Source of the DNA: Ostreococcus lucimarinus | Taxonomy: Eukaryota | Assembly: GCA_000092065.1 (NCBI GenBank) | Contig: CP000593.1 | Reading direction: 5' to 3' (one strand) | DNA length: 64,000 nt | In this document: piece after piece, positions 37,470 to 45,922 of the stretch | Numbering within the stretch: the first letter of the stretch is position 1 | Layout: the number at the start of each line of letters is the position of its first letter | Made by a program: the position numbers and the translations under genes | The notes under the pieces: generated by a model | The model's database searches: none | What the model was told of the DNA's origin: nothing | The model's input: the letters and a program-made list of their open reading frames with translations, nothing else

Positions 37470-37898
37470 TTAAATGTCATTAATGTCGTCGAAATCGAAG
37501 AAGTCATCGTTCTCGTCGCGCTCTTCTTCGAACGTATCCGTATCGTTCACGCGGAAAGTGTCCGGGAGTTCCCCGTACGCCTTCAACGAGCGCGCCTCGT
37601 CGGCCAAGTACTTCAAGATGACGTCCGCCTTTTCGTCTTGAAAGTCCCGCAAGCCCAACAGGATGATGTCCCCGGTGTTCACCCAAACCTTTTTCCGCAT
37701 TTTACCGCGAATGTGACACAAACGCTTCACCCCATCGATGCACTGCGCCTCTAAGCGCCCGTTCCCGAGCATGCGCAACACTTGCGCGTACTCTTGACCG
37801 TCCTCTTTGAAGATGAGTTCGCGCTTCTCGTCTTCGCCGCCCCCTTTCCCGCGACGACGGTTCTTCCCTCCCTTTCCCTTGGAGTTACTCTTCGGCAT
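37470..37898 (-). CDS. EIF1A: eukaryotic translation initiation factor 1A
   Basis: ATG verified at 37898-37896. [18 protein letters not shown]...[73 protein letters not shown] is the S1-like eIF1A core. The tail is acidic. Confidence 0.95.
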   Translation of the reverse strand: MPKSNSKGKGGKNRRRGKGGGEDEKRELIFKEDGQEYAQVLRMLGNGRLEAQCIDGVKRLCHIRGKMRKKVWVNTGDIILLGLRDFQDEKADVILKYLADEARSLKAYGELPDTFRVNDTDTFEEERDENDDFFDFDDINDI

Positions 37899-38337
37899 CG
37901 TGCGTTTACGACGCTCGCGTGTCTAAAACTTTACGCAGTCCCTCGATCGAGGACGAGTCGCGGATGAATGCGATTTCGGCGTCGTTCAAACTGAAGACCC
38001 TAGAACTTTCTTCGCGCGTCCGTCGCGCGCGTCCGTGCGCGCGAGGCGTGCGGTGAATCGATCGAACGCGCGTGCGTGACGTTTACGTGCGTGGAGCGCG
38101 CGCAAAGATCGGCCGAGTCCGGGTCGTCGACGGCGGGGCGTCGAAAAGAGACGGATGGGCGCGGGCCGAGCTCGACGTCGTTCGAGCGAACGCGCGGCGA
38201 AATCGAACCCGACCCCGTGGGCCAGGGTTGATGCGAGCGTTCGTGACTCAAGGAGTGGGGACTCGATCGGCGCGCGCGCGCGCGTCGAGAGGAAGTCGGT
38301 CGCTCGGGCGCTCTACAATCGGCGACGACGCTATGAA

Positions 38338-41300
38338 CTATAAATACTTCAGCCCGACGATCTTCGCTCGACGCTGGAGGGTGTGCTGGGTGACGACGGC
38401 GATGAGACTGGTGAAGGCGAGCGCGCGCACGGAGGGAATTTTTGAAAGAAACGGCGCCACGACGGCGAGCGGGGCGGTCAAGATGAGCGTCATCCCGTCC
38501 GTGCGAACGCTCGTGGCGAGGTAGTGCACCAAATTGATGCTATTCACCGAAGCGAGGAGCAGACTCAACGCGTTGAGCGTCATCCACGGCAACTTGGAGG
38601 CGGTCGCGGCGAGAACGTGAACTCGGTTCGGGCCGGCGAGGATGGCGGCGACGGCGTCCCAGCACATCTTACCCACGATCATCGCGAGCGGTGGAGCGTA
38701 TCGTTGGCTGTCTTCCAGTATAGGAAATATCACCGAGTCTTGGTGAAGAAGAAGCAGAATGGGCGCGAGGACGAAGACCGAAAACGCGGAGCCATCGGCC
38801 AACTCATCGCTCAGCACCACGCACGCGAGAAAGGACGTGAGCGTGGCGATGTTCCCGATGATTGGCATCCAAGCGATCGCCTTTGCCTTGAGTTCTCTGT
38901 GCTCGTTTCTGCTCGCGACACCGCGGAAATATTCCGGACGACTGCGACCAGTGGCGGGAAGGAACGGTGAAGTACCGCCTTGACGTCGTCGATGTTGCAC
39001 GCTCTCCAGGCTCGTTTTGATTCTCAACTTCAGAGCAAACGCGATTTGCAGCGAAGTCCCGGCGAAAACGCCGACGACACCGAATTTTCCTTCCATTCTC
39101 GCCTGATGGTCGTCCACAGTCTCGTCTGAGCCACCCATTTGTGTGACGTACGCCAAGCCGAGAACGGAGACGAACGATAAATACACGTAAGGCAACCAGC
39201 GCGAAGACTTCGGCGAAGGGCTGTACGTGAAAGACAAGAACACTCCCACCAGCGCACACGCGACAAATAGTAGTGCCGTCAGCGCCACTTGCTGGACGAA
39301 GAATTCCAGCGCCATATATAAACCAACGCTCCCACCGCACACGGCGCTTAAGGCGATTCGAATCGTTGACGTTGATTTTGTCTGTTGTCGTGGAGACGAG
39401 ACGGCGAATATCGCGGTGAGCGCGGCTAACATCAGCAACCAGCTCGGCCATCCATGATGCGCGTTCTCGCGCACGCCGTACATTCTCGCTTCGTCTTCTT
39501 CAGAGTCGGGAACGTGTTCGGCGTCATACCACATGCCCACCTCGCCCTTCCAAGGCATCGGCGGTCGGAAGGTGATGAGAAAGACGCCACAGAAACTCAA
39601 GAGCATCATCAATCGTTTGCTAAACATGTCATCACCGTAACTTTGTCGCGTTACCACGGACGCCAAGCTCGCCCCCGTGATCAGGAGGAGTCCACCGAAG
39701 AGCGTCGCGTCCGTCGGTCGGTGACCCGAGAGTTCAAATATAACGTCAAACATCGCAAACCGAGCGAATACCAAAGAGAACACCAAAGCGACGCAATAAC
39801 CAACGCTCGCGCCCGGAGATAATTGAGTCATTCGCCGTGACATCGCGTGCGGAGCGGTGATGGCGAGCACGACCACCAAGACGCTGAACATTTCCTTCAA
39901 ACCGCGAACAAAGAGCATGGAGAGCTTTGCGCCGCACACGCTCTGCATCACCCAGCCAAATTCGCGACTGATTCTCCCGCTGATGACGAGGCCTCGACTC
40001 GCCAAGAAGCCGCTGATGGAAGTGACGATGACCAAATATGGTGGATAAATCAAAGAATCGTCGTCATGCGTCGCTTGACTCAGGATTTGTTCAATCGTTG
40101 CGAGCGCCGAGACGTAACAGACGACGAGGACGCCAACCGTCGGCGCGCGCGCGCTTTTCGTATTCAACACCGCTGGCAAAGCCAAAGCCGCCACGGCGAG
40201 GAGTAATATGGCGACACACAATTGTTTGACGTCGAAAGCTCCCACGCGCACATCGAGTGACCAGAAATTCTTCGAAAGAAACCACGAAAAGCATCCGACG
40301 CAACTCGCGGCAAACACGCCGTAATCCTTCGGCTCTCGGTCCTCGTAATAATATTTGACGAATGACGATGATCCGGCGATGGGGATCGGAATCATCCACA
40401 GAGGTGCACCCAAAGCACAAATTGCGGTCGACGTAGACAGAGCCAACGTCGCCTTCACCGCACCCGTCGGGACGCCGTCGCCGACGGCGTTTGCGTAGCA
40501 CGCGGCGAAAACTGCCAGCGCGCTGTGGACGGAAACCGTCACCATGATGTAATTCAAAGGAGCCATGATTTCGATGTACTCGGCAAATTCACTAAATATT
40601 ATTCCACCTTCAACGCTCACCGCAAATCCAGTGAGTGCGAAGAGGAGCACGGCGGTTTCCATCCTTTTCGACGCCACGTCGACGCCGCGCGCGCGCCACC
40701 ACAACGACTTCTCCGTGCCGGCGGCTATTAAATACAACACCGGGACCGTCACCAACGCCCCACACGCGAAGACGTGATCGAGGGACTTGAACAGTGTGTC
40801 GAGGTTCGTCCATAAATACAACGCGACGGGTAAGCCGAGCGTGGCCACGGTGGCGTACTCGGCGTCGCTCTCGGTCAACGCCGAGCGCTTGTCCGACGGA
40901 GGCCCGTTCGTCTTCGTCACCGCCGCGCACGCGCTCGCGCACGGAAACAAAAACATCCGATGCGTGATCAACGACACGACCGAGCCGTAAAACGCCGCTC
41001 TCTCAGCTCCCGCGCTCGCGCTCGCGAACGCCCACGTCAGAATCGTCGTCGTCGTCGGCGGACACAGCGCGAAAATCAAACGCTCGCACGTCGCCGCCGC
41101 GCCCGCGTGCGACTCGTGTATCCACCGAAATTGCAGCGTGCACCACGAGCAAAATAAAAACAAATTCACCCCATTCACCGCGAGCAGCGCGCACGACGTC
41201 CCGACCGTCGCGCTCGTCCGCCAGCTCCCTCTCGTCAGCAGCGTCCCGAGCGCCGCCGTCGCCGTCGTCCAAATCGCGCCCAGCGCCCCCTCTCCGTTCC

Positions 41301-41508
41301 CCATCGCGTCCATCCCGCGCGCCGCGCTCGCCCCGATCGCGACCACGGTCACCATCGTCTCCCCCCCGCTGCCGAGCGTGACGCACAGCGCCGGCGCGAG
41401 CGCCGTCAGCGCGCGCGTCGAGTGTCCCCAACGACATCCCGCGCGTCGTCGCGTCGCCTCCTCGCGCGCCCCCGTCGCGCGCTCGCGCCCGCGTCCGCGC
41501 GCGCGCAT
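38338..41508 (-). CDS. large polytopic membrane protein (~20 TM segments), possibly NEF1 (no exine formation 1)-like
   Basis: ORF 38338..41766 begins at GTG; the first ATG is 41508-41506. The reading frame is continuous and hydrophobic. LLLLHQDSVIFPILEDSQRYAPP and the C-terminal ...TQHTLQRRAKIVGLKYL recall plant NEF1, but that name is from memory only. Confidence 0.75.
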   Translation of the reverse strand: MRARGRGRERATGAREEATRRRAGCRWGHSTRALTALAPALCVTLGSGGETMVTVVAIGASAARGMDAMGNGEGALGAIWTTATAALGTLLTRGSWRTSATVGTSCALLAVNGVNLFLFCSWCTLQFRWIHESHAGAAATCERLIFALCPPTTTTILTWAFASASAGAERAAFYGSVVSLITHRMFLFPCASACAAVTKTNGPPSDKRSALTESDAEYATVATLGLPVALYLWTNLDTLFKSLDHVFACGALVTVPVLYLIAAGTEKSLWWRARGVDVASKRMETAVLLFALTGFAVSVEGGIIFSEFAEYIEIMAPLNYIMVTVSVHSALAVFAACYANAVGDGVPTGAVKATLALSTSTAICALGAPLWMIPIPIAGSSSFVKYYYEDREPKDYGVFAASCVGCFSWFLSKNFWSLDVRVGAFDVKQLCVAILLLAVAALALPAVLNTKSARAPTVGVLVVCYVSALATIEQILSQATHDDDSLIYPPYLVIVTSISGFLASRGLVISGRISREFGWVMQSVCGAKLSMLFVRGLKEMFSVLVVVLAITAPHAMSRRMTQLSPGASVGYCVALVFSLVFARFAMFDVIFELSGHRPTDATLFGGLLLITGASLASVVTRQSYGDDMFSKRLMMLLSFCGVFLITFRPPMPWKGEVGMWYDAEHVPDSEEDEARMYGVRENAHHGWPSWLLMLAALTAIFAVSSPRQQTKSTSTIRIALSAVCGGSVGLYMALEFFVQQVALTALLFVACALVGVFLSFTYSPSPKSSRWLPYVYLSFVSVLGLAYVTQMGGSDETVDDHQARMEGKFGVVGVFAGTSLQIAFALKLRIKTSLESVQHRRRQGGTSPFLPATGRSRPEYFRGVASRNEHRELKAKAIAWMPIIGNIATLTSFLACVVLSDELADGSAFSVFVLAPILLLLHQDSVIFPILEDSQRYAPPLAMIVGKMCWDAVAAILAGPNRVHVLAATASKLPWMTLNALSLLLASVNSINLVHYLATSVRTDGMTLILTAPLAVVAPFLSKIPSVRALAFTSLIAVVTQHTLQRRAKIVGLKYL

Positions 41509-41792
41509 CCCGGACGCGCGCGCGCGTCGTTTCCTCGCCCGATTCGCGCGCGTCGTCACCGCATCGCCGCCGCGCGTCGCTCGATGGCGTCGTTCGTCGT
41601 CCGTCCGACCGCCCGCGCGCCCGCGCCGCCCGCGCTCGCGCCTTCCGTTCGACGAGACCGTCCGATTGAGACCGTCCTCGCGCGCGCGCCCTCGCGCGCG
41701 CGCCCTCCGCGCGCGCGCCGCGCCGCGCGGACCCCGAACGCGCGCGGACGCGACGCGTCGCGACACAACGCGACGACGCGAAGCACGACGCG

Positions 41793-42221
41793 ATGGCGAC
41801 GCCGCGCGCGATGACGATGACGCGCTCGCGCGCGCTCGTCGCGACGCGCGTGACGACGCGAAGAGGGACGGCGACGACGCGACGCGCGCGCGCGACGCGC
41901 CCGAAGATCGAAAGCCTCGGTGGGTTCGGGCCGAACATCGACGCGAAGGAGATTCAACGACGCATGGCGGAGAAGCAGCGAAAGATCGACGAGAACAAGC
42001 GCAAGGCGCGGGGCGCGAAGGAGGCGTCGACCGCGTTCGGGGCGCGAAGGGAGTTTCAGAGGACGATCTCGAGCGCGAGACCGTCGCGCGCGGGACGGAC
42101 GATGCCGGGGGGCGGCGTCGCCGCGGGGACGACGTCGAGCAAGACGAAGACGACGAGCGGGAAGGGCGGGAAGGGCGGGAAGGAGGAGGCGCCGAAGAAG
42201 AAACTGTTCGGATTGTTTTGA
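41793..42221 (+). CDS. small basic hypothetical protein with presequence-like N-terminus
   Basis: ATG verified at 41793. Third codon positions are G/C-biased like neighbouring genes. Sequence: MATPRAMTMTRSRALVATRVTTRRGTATTRRARATRP then KIESLGGFGPNIDAKEIQRRMAEKQRKIDENKRKARG...KKKLFGLF. I recognise no family. Confidence 0.45.
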   Translation: MATPRAMTMTRSRALVATRVTTRRGTATTRRARATRPKIESLGGFGPNIDAKEIQRRMAEKQRKIDENKRKARGAKEASTAFGARREFQRTISSARPSRAGRTMPGGGVAAGTTSSKTKTTSGKGGKGGKEEAPKKKLFGLF

Positions 42222-42495
42222 GCGACGACGACGGGCGCGAGTTTGTAACGAACGAGTCATTCTAATCGCTCGCGAGTCGACGCGACGACGCGAATGCGCG
42301 CGCGCGTCGACGCCACAATTCGACGACGTCTCGACGCGACGTCTCGACGCGATCGCGCGATCGCGATCGGTCGACGGCGAGAACGCGACGACGGCGCGAT
42401 CGCCGACGCGCGATCGGGCGTGAGTCGTCGCGACGGGCGCGCGGGGCGACGACGACCGACAACACGTGGCGCGATCGACGGTCGACGACGACGCG

Positions 42496-43378
42496 ATGAG
42501 CGCGCAGGCGACGCGAGATCAGCTGCGGACGGCGTTCGCGGAGTTAGAGTGCGTCGCGCGATGCGATGGGATGGGATTCGAGCGACGCGAGCGACGCGAC
42601 GAGACGGAATACGCGCGAGGGACGGGACTGACGGAGCGAGCTCGCGACGCGTCGGCGCAGGGACGGATTCAAGCGTAAGGACGTTCTCGAGAGCCGCGAG
42701 ACGTCGGTGTCGAGCGGACACTTGAAAAAGTTGACCAATAAAATGGCGGAGAGTAAAAAGCTGATCAAGGAGTTTGAGAGACGGGCGCTGAGCGAAGGGG
42801 CCATGGACGCGAACGCGTTGGCGGCGGCGAAGAAGGAATACGTGTCGAGGTTGAACAAGTTTGTGCAGATGAAGAAGGAGGCGCAGATTGCGATCGCGGA
42901 GAAACAAGAAGAGAGGAAGAGCGAGGTTGGTAGTCAGGGCGGGGAAGCGAGCACGTCGGGAGGGGTGACGACGTCGACGACGGCTACGTCGACGGCGTTT
43001 ACGTTGCCGGCGTTCCGGCCAAAGCCAAAGGGGGAGATTGTAGAGGATGAGCAGTTGCAACTCATGGAGGCTGGGGATTTGATTGATCACGGTAGGAACG
43101 TCATGGACCAAACGGATAAGAGCATCATGCGAAGCGAAGCGGTGGTTGAGGAGACGATTCAAATAGGGACGCAAACCGCCGAGGCGTTGCGCGGGCAGAC
43201 AAAACAACTGGAGAAAATCGTAGATGATCTCGATGAAATCCACTTTTCGTTGAAAAAGTCGTTTGGCGTGCTGAAGGACATCACCCGTGGGTTAGCGACG
43301 GATAAGTGCATCATGCTCTTGCTCTTTTTGGTCGTCGTCGGCGTAGTTGTGGTCATCATTACGAGGTTCGTGAAGTAG
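42496..43378 (+). CDS. NPSN: NPSN-type (novel plant SNARE) Qb-SNARE, two exons
   Basis: Structure: join(42496..42548, 42661..43378). The spliced N-terminus MSAQATRDQLRTAFAELEDGFKRKDVLESRETSVSSGHLKKLTNKMAESKKLIKEFERR parallels NPSN11 (...FRALSNGFQKLEKIKD...LEELTDKMRDCKSLIKDFDRE). The SNARE motif and tail anchor are VVEETIQIGTQTAEALRGQTKQLEKIVDDLDEIHFSLKKS...ATDKCIMLLLFLVVVGVVVVII. Confidence 0.85.
42549..42660 (+). other. spliceosomal intron of the NPSN SNARE gene (112 nt)
   Basis: GAGTTAGA|gtgcgtcgcgcgatgcg...gggactgacggagcgagctcgcgacgcgtcggcgcag|GGACGGATTC. The phase-2 junction creates GAG (Glu). Confidence 0.8.
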
Positions 43379-43608
43379 CGCGTATCTAAATAAAAGAAGT
43401 TTCGCATCTTAAACATCGCGCGTCTACTTCATCGTCATCAGTTTAATTGCTGAAATTAAAAATTGGATATTCTTTCGCTCGGTAGCGTCGTCGTCGTCGT
43501 CGTCGTCATCTCGCAATCATCCCAGACCGCGGTTGTCATCCTTCGTCGTCGCCAGCGTCGTTTTTCCGAGCTCCATCGTTGTACAGTACAGTATGCTAGA
43601 ACATTCGT

Positions 43609-45387
43609 TTAGTTTTCGCGCATCGAATCAGGTTCAAAGTCGGCATCATCGTCGTCATCCTCTTCTGGCGCATCCGCAGCATCGACGAGCGCTCGAGACC
43701 ATCTCGCGAGATTTTCGCCGCGGTGGTCGTCGTCGCTATCGGTGCTCGCTTCGTCTTCATCGTCTTCATCCGTATCTTCTTCTTCCTCGTCATCTTCTTC
43801 GTCAAATCCCCAAGCGTCGTGTTCATCGCGCATGGGAGGGGTGCCGAGATGCACTCCACCATCACCAGCTTCGAAGACGCGCACGTGATTGTCTATACCG
43901 CAGCACACGATGGTCGGCAAGTGCGGGTGCGGCAAAACGGTGTTCACCACCTGACTGTCTGCTTGCATTTTGCACACGAGCTCGCACGTATCTTTGTGCC
44001 AGACGTATACGTTGCCATCGTCACCACCCGTCGTGACGTACTCATCGTCGCACATAAAAGCGACACCCTTTAAGAAGGTTTTCACATTTCTGCGTCCGAC
44101 GTACCTCTTCGCCGCCTGATGCGTGATCGGCATTTCCCACGGCACGGAGAACGACTTAAAAATACGTTCCTCAGAATTGATATTCGCCGCCGCTCGGCGA
44201 GTGTCCAACAGGTACACGTCGTCGCCTTTGCAGTTAATCGCGAGTTCGCCCTTGGACGAGTAAGCCAGGCCAGATATACCCTCAAAGCCCGGGCTTCGCA
44301 CGCCTCGACCGAGCTCGAGCGGACTGAGCATCATGACGCACGGAATGTCGTGATTCATCGAAGGCCGAGGCGATCTCAGAAACATCGGTTGACCCGTGGG
44401 CGACGTGCTCGGACTCGGTGCCGCTGGACATTCGCGCGCCGCTTCTCGCCGGTTACTCTTGACGTGTCTGAGATCAAACACGCGCACGTGAGGATCGTCC
44501 GAGCACGCGGCGAACGTCGTAGGCGCCGTCGGGTCGAACACGATTTCCGACGTCGGCCCGCACGCGCTCAAATCGACGACGATTTCGTGTGAGTTTCCTT
44601 CGAAACCACCGTGACTTTGCCTCAAGTCGAACAAACGAACGCGACCGTCTTGATGGCACGACAAAAACGTATTCGGTTCGTTCGGCACGAACGTCATGCC
44701 GAACCCCATCCCCGCGCCTCGACCGTGCCAGAGCGAGCGACTGCACTCGGAATTCGGTTGATTCGCCCCGCGCAGGCGATAACCGTAATGCGCGGGCGCG
44801 GGCCCTCGAAACCCACGCTCTAAATCCACCAACCGCACGTCTCCATCCGCGGACGTCGTGACGCAGTACGCGCTGTTCGATTGCGGCACGAATTCGCTCG
44901 CGAAGACGTTGTGCGTGTGCCCCGTGAACGCCGACCCCTTCAGCGGCATCTTCGCCCCGCACCCCCACACGCACACCGTCATATCATCGCTCCCAGAGAT
45001 CAACAGCGACGCATCGTCGTTCCAACTCACGCAATTCACGCACCCACCGTGCTTCTCCAGCGTCTCCCTCAGCCTCAATTCCTCCACGAAGCGCTTATTC
45101 GAGCACCGCAGCGCCGTCGCCCCCGTCTTCGCGCTCGCCGCGCCTCCCCGTCGCTCCCCGATCTGCCGCTCTCTGCACCACTGCCGTCGCTGCGCGTCGG
45201 CGAATATATTTCGACTCCGTCGCGCGAATCCTCCCGCGCCGTCCTCGTCCATCCGCGTCGTTCGCGTCGTCGTCGCCGCCCCGTCGTCGCGCGCCGCCTC
45301 CGCGCCTCGTCCCGCGCCGTCTTCGTCCTCGTCCCGCGCCGTCTTCGTCCGCGCTCTGGCGCGCGCGCTTCTCGCGCCGTCGTCCAT
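43609..45387 (-). CDS. WD40-repeat protein, DCAF8/WDR42-like (DDB1-CUL4 associated factor)
   Basis: ORF 43609..45486 begins at GTG; the first ATG is 45387-45385. NKRFVEELRLRETLEKHGGCVNCVSWNDDASLLISGSDDMTVCVWG resembles the DCAF8 entry into the WD propeller. Later WD repeats and a long acidic C-terminal tail are present. Confidence 0.72.
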   Translation of the reverse strand: MDDGARSARARARTKTARDEDEDGAGRGAEAARDDGAATTTRTTRMDEDGAGGFARRSRNIFADAQRRQWCRERQIGERRGGAASAKTGATALRCSNKRFVEELRLRETLEKHGGCVNCVSWNDDASLLISGSDDMTVCVWGCGAKMPLKGSAFTGHTHNVFASEFVPQSNSAYCVTTSADGDVRLVDLERGFRGPAPAHYGYRLRGANQPNSECSRSLWHGRGAGMGFGMTFVPNEPNTFLSCHQDGRVRLFDLRQSHGGFEGNSHEIVVDLSACGPTSEIVFDPTAPTTFAACSDDPHVRVFDLRHVKSNRREAARECPAAPSPSTSPTGQPMFLRSPRPSMNHDIPCVMMLSPLELGRGVRSPGFEGISGLAYSSKGELAINCKGDDVYLLDTRRAAANINSEERIFKSFSVPWEMPITHQAAKRYVGRRNVKTFLKGVAFMCDDEYVTTGGDDGNVYVWHKDTCELVCKMQADSQVVNTVLPHPHLPTIVCCGIDNHVRVFEAGDGGVHLGTPPMRDEHDAWGFDEEDDEEEEDTDEDDEDEASTDSDDDHRGENLARWSRALVDAADAPEEDDDDDADFEPDSMREN

Positions 45388-45450
45388 CGACGTTCGCCTC
45401 GTCGCCTCGTCCCGTCGTCCCGTCGTCCCGTCGTCGCGCGTCGTCGCGCG

Positions 45451-45480
45451 TCCGTCCGTCCGTCCGTCCGTCCGTCCGTC
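45451..45480. repeat. (TCCG)7.5 tetranucleotide microsatellite
   Basis: tccgtccgtccgtccgtccgtccgtccgtc, counted directly. It lies just upstream of the DCAF8-like ATG. Confidence 0.95.
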
Positions 45481-45680
45481 AACCACCGCGTCCGTCGCCC
45501 CGTCGGTCCTTCGTCGGTCGCCTCGCGTCGCGCCTCGCGTCGCGGCCGACGGTCCGCGTCAGCGCGCGCGTCGCGATCGCCCGGCCGACGCGCGCCGCCG
45601 ACTGCCGCGCGTCGCGCGCGTCCGCGTCCGCGTCGCGCGCGCTGACGCGGCCCGTCGGCCGGCGACCGCGCTGGACGTCG

Positions 45681-45797
45681 CCACACGAGGGTGTTTTTCG
45701 TCCGGGATCGCCATACGAGGGTATTTTTCGTCCGGGATCGCCACACGAGGGTGTTTTTCGTCCGTCCGGGATCGCCATACGAGGGTTGTTTTTCGTC
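45681..45797. repeat. 30-bp tandem repeat array (about 3.8 copies) with alternating variants
   Basis: Copy 1, 45681-45710: ccacacgagggtgtttttcgtccgggatcg. Copy 2, 45711-45740: ccatacgagggtatttttcgtccgggatcg. Copy 3, 45741-45774: ccacacgagggtgtttttcgtccgTCCGggatcg. Copy 4, 45775-45797: ccatacgagggttgtttttcgtcg (truncated). Confidence 0.95.
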
Positions 45798-45922
45798 GAG
45801 TCGGCGCGGGACGATTGGGCGACGAGGATTGGGCTCGCGACGCGCGACGACGGGAGAGGACGGCGCGGTGCGCGCGGGACGCGAGGTGCGCGAGGTGCGC
45901 GAGGTGCGCGGTGCGGCGCGCG

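Larger units (their letters stand above)
45388..45922. promoter_or_regulatory. divergent intergenic region shared by the DCAF8-like and BRF1 genes (inferred bidirectional promoter)
   Basis: It lies between minus-strand ATG 45387 and plus-strand ATG 45923 and contains the (TCCG)n run and the 30-bp array. No TSS data are available. Confidence 0.4.

Noticed and set aside
41003-43243. ORFs 41003..41938(-), 41138..42265(+), 41556..42260(-), 41920..42423(+) and 42257..43243(-).
   Set aside because: They are Arg-rich low complexity in a GC island. ORF 42257..43243(-) is antisense to the well-supported SNARE gene.
45681-45797. The 30-bp direct repeats interpreted as a CRISPR array.
   Set aside because: The copies are directly adjacent with no spacers, the context is eukaryotic, and there are no cas genes.
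44858-45922. The first 355 codons of the 1113-aa ORF 44858..48199.
   Set aside because: This stretch is antisense to the WD40 (DCAF8-like) gene and is Pro/Ser/Arg-rich. BRF1 homology starts at ATG 45923 with the zinc ribbon.
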